DNA from: Perkinsus olseni
Lineage: Eukaryota
Assembly: GCA_013115125.1 (NCBI GenBank)
Contig: JABANN010000012.1
Span: 62,001 to 126,000 of the forward strand
Length of the DNA: 64,000 nucleotides
Direction of reading: 5' to 3'
Position numbers and translations under genes: made by a program. The notes beneath the pieces were generated by a model, which worked only from the letters and a program-made list of their open reading frames with translations, had not been told where the DNA came from and ran no database searches. This document shows positions 61,840-64,000 of the stretch, one piece after another; the first letter of the stretch is position 1; the number at the start of each line of letters is the position of its first letter.

Positions 61840-64000
61840 TCACACAGGGGAAGCGAGGTTACAAGCGGCAGGGCGGCGAGAGGTAGCGACCCTACCATCT
61901 CCAACCGGATGGTGATTCCTAGGATCCACATGCACCTTGGTGAAGTCTGCTCGACATATGAGCTCACCCGAATTGGAGCCTATGGAAATGTGATCCGGAA
62001 AACAACAATGGGCGAGCAACGGGGGCGTTACATGTCTGAGATGCAATGGCGATAGCATTAGCCATGACCGCAGAACTGCGAGCTCCCAACCCTGCACGAC
62101 AGCAATCAACAAGATACTCCACCTCGCGTGTTCATTAATACCCGTGATTTTGAGGTTCTTATCACTCCTGATAAGCCGTACTATCCTGTCAGCGAGGTCC
62201 TCAGCATTCATCTCGGGGATCACCAGAATATCCGACCACCCTCTGTGATCGGCAGGGTGGCCTCGGGTGCTGATCTTCGCCCCTATCCATATCTCATTGC
62301 CCGCCTCCATCCCGGCCCGTCGTTCAAACTCCTCCCTCTGCTCCGGAGTCGGCCACTCCGTAGGAGGCCCTCGAAAGGTTAAGTCTATCTGTTTACTAGC
62401 ACGATAAGCTGATGCTGTGACGGCCTTCAGCGACATGAGTATCGAGTTGGGATGCCGCTGAAAGAGGCATCCCTAGCAGCAGCCACGTTCGCCACCTACT
62501 CCTCGTAGAACGACGGTGCCGTGCTGATTCCTCAAGGTATGCGCAAGAAGGACCACCACTTCGTTAAGCTCTGAGACGGGGAGGTGCGAGACGTCGACGT
62601 GAATCGAAGAGCTCACCAGCCTCCTTTTTGATTCTGAATTGGAAGTCCGACTCGGCCATGTCCCGCTCAGCTGGCTTCAGAATCATCGATCGACGGTCTC
62701 CAACACTGGTTGAGAAAAACGAAAAGCGGAGGGCGCTGTTCATCCGATGGAGGCCCCTTCGGATGAGCAGCCTAGAGAGGAGCAGCATTGTCGACAGAAT
62801 TCACACCTACGAGGGACAACACTGATCTGGGACAGCGTAAGCGCTAAGATCACTCAACAACGGGTGCAGCACAGAAACGACACTCGCATGGCGTCAATGC
62901 GTAGCCTTCAACTCTATTTTACGGCGATGTTTCCATTCAGTGAAGAGAGGGTTGTAAGTATCGGGCTGCGGCGCCAGACGAAGGAGAAAATCCACGCCGG
63001 GGTTGGTGATGGTACCAGCCTTCTCACGCTTGTCCTTCATGTCACTCAAGGCTAAAAGAAGAGCATCTCGAGGAGCTGCCGGTAGGGCAGTGACTGCAAG
63101 AGCTAACAGCAATCGTTTTGCCGAGAGCCCCACCTCCCCTCCTCTTGAACTGGATAGACGTGGGCTTGATACGAGCCAGCAACTCGTGATTTTCGTACCC
63201 CTCAGCATCGTTGCCTGACACTGTAACGGTGATGACAGTGACTCCTCACACATCCTACACAGTCGCCCCGTCCGAGCCAGCAGCTCCGCGATGAGGGCCA
63301 GGCGGACATTAGTCGTGGTTGTGACCACACCTACAGAGGCGGGCAGATCAGTCCAACGGTCAGCAGTAGCGTCAGAAGCTCACTGAGTATGATACGAAGA
63401 TTCACTTGCTTCTTCTCCTTCGTCAATATGTCCGCCATCTTCCCTGCCTCTGCCTCCATCTCCCAACCCTTCTCCAGTTTGATCTCCACTGGCTCGATTG
63501 CCTGTATGTTCGATCGGCCCCCCTTGGGTTGGATACGGCCATGTATCCAGAGCTCAGGTTGGCTAGCCTCCCCTGCGGAGGAGCTGCGCCATGACAATCC
63601 CCTGGAGGACCCCCACCCTCTTCCTCCTCCCCTGGCTGTCCCCCAGACGGTCTCTGAGGCGGCGGTCCACTGCTGATGACTTCGATCGATCCACCATTGC
63701 GGACTTTCGGGCACATGTCGATGAAGGTCTTGAGGGCCTTGCCAGCTCTCACTGGAACACCCTGGCAGCACCAGCATCACCACGTCGGTTACTAGACGCC
63801 ACTTCCTCACCACAGCCCGCATTGTCGCTAAGTCACCAGCCTTCCTGAATCGCTTAGGAAGGATCTCACAGACGTTAACAGGATCTGAAGGGAGGTGATC
63901 AACCCATAATGGCTGAGACCCTTACGGCAGAAGTTGGTGTACTCGAAGTTCACGGGGCTCCACATCGCGAAGGGTGGGCACCGCGCTAGCTGTCCGGGTG
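61840..64000 (-). other. Unidentified, probably interrupted coding sequence running off the right edge
   Basis: Several protein-like minus-strand ORFs (61840..62436, 62564..62788, 62894..63328, 63423..63752) with splice-like signals and stops; no family recognised. Confidence 0.3.

Noticed and set aside
1-64000. Spliced-leader RNA gene or relict SL (CCGTAGCCATYTTGGCTCAAG)
   Set aside because: Only short chance matches were seen by eye (e.g. ccgtagcca at ~21698, inside the Piezo CDS). A computed search is still advisable.
1-64000. CRISPR array, prokaryotic operon or defence system
   Set aside because: No regularly spaced repeat-spacer array exists, and the genes are spliceosomal-intron-containing eukaryotic genes.

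Overview
Gene-dense eukaryotic nuclear DNA (roughly 50-55% GC, many ~45-60 nt GT-AG introns often ending in TCAG), not prokaryotic. Intron style and gene content suggest an alveolate protist, most likely Perkinsus or a relative (inference). In order, it holds: an intronless RAP-domain gene; two tRNA-Pro(AGG) genes flanking a decayed duplicate of the 3' half of a TMEM184/OST-alpha gene, then the intact gene; two uncharacterised repeat/coiled-coil genes; tRNA-Val(CAC) and elongator tRNA-Met; a processive GT2 polysaccharide synthase; a tightly packed minus-strand run (SNW1/SKIP > FPPS > RPAP1 > Piezo); a four-domain EEEE Ca2+ channel; and three GH30 glucosylceramidase-like genes interleaved with a ~3.55 kb tandem duplication and decayed LTR-retrotransposon sequence. 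The most striking unexplained signal is about 20 short perfect inverted repeats with a 1-nt spacer, often chained, in non-coding, intronic and TE-derived DNA. Two of them are templated insertions relative to a paralogous copy in the window. Boundaries of multi-exon genes were read by eye and are approximate.
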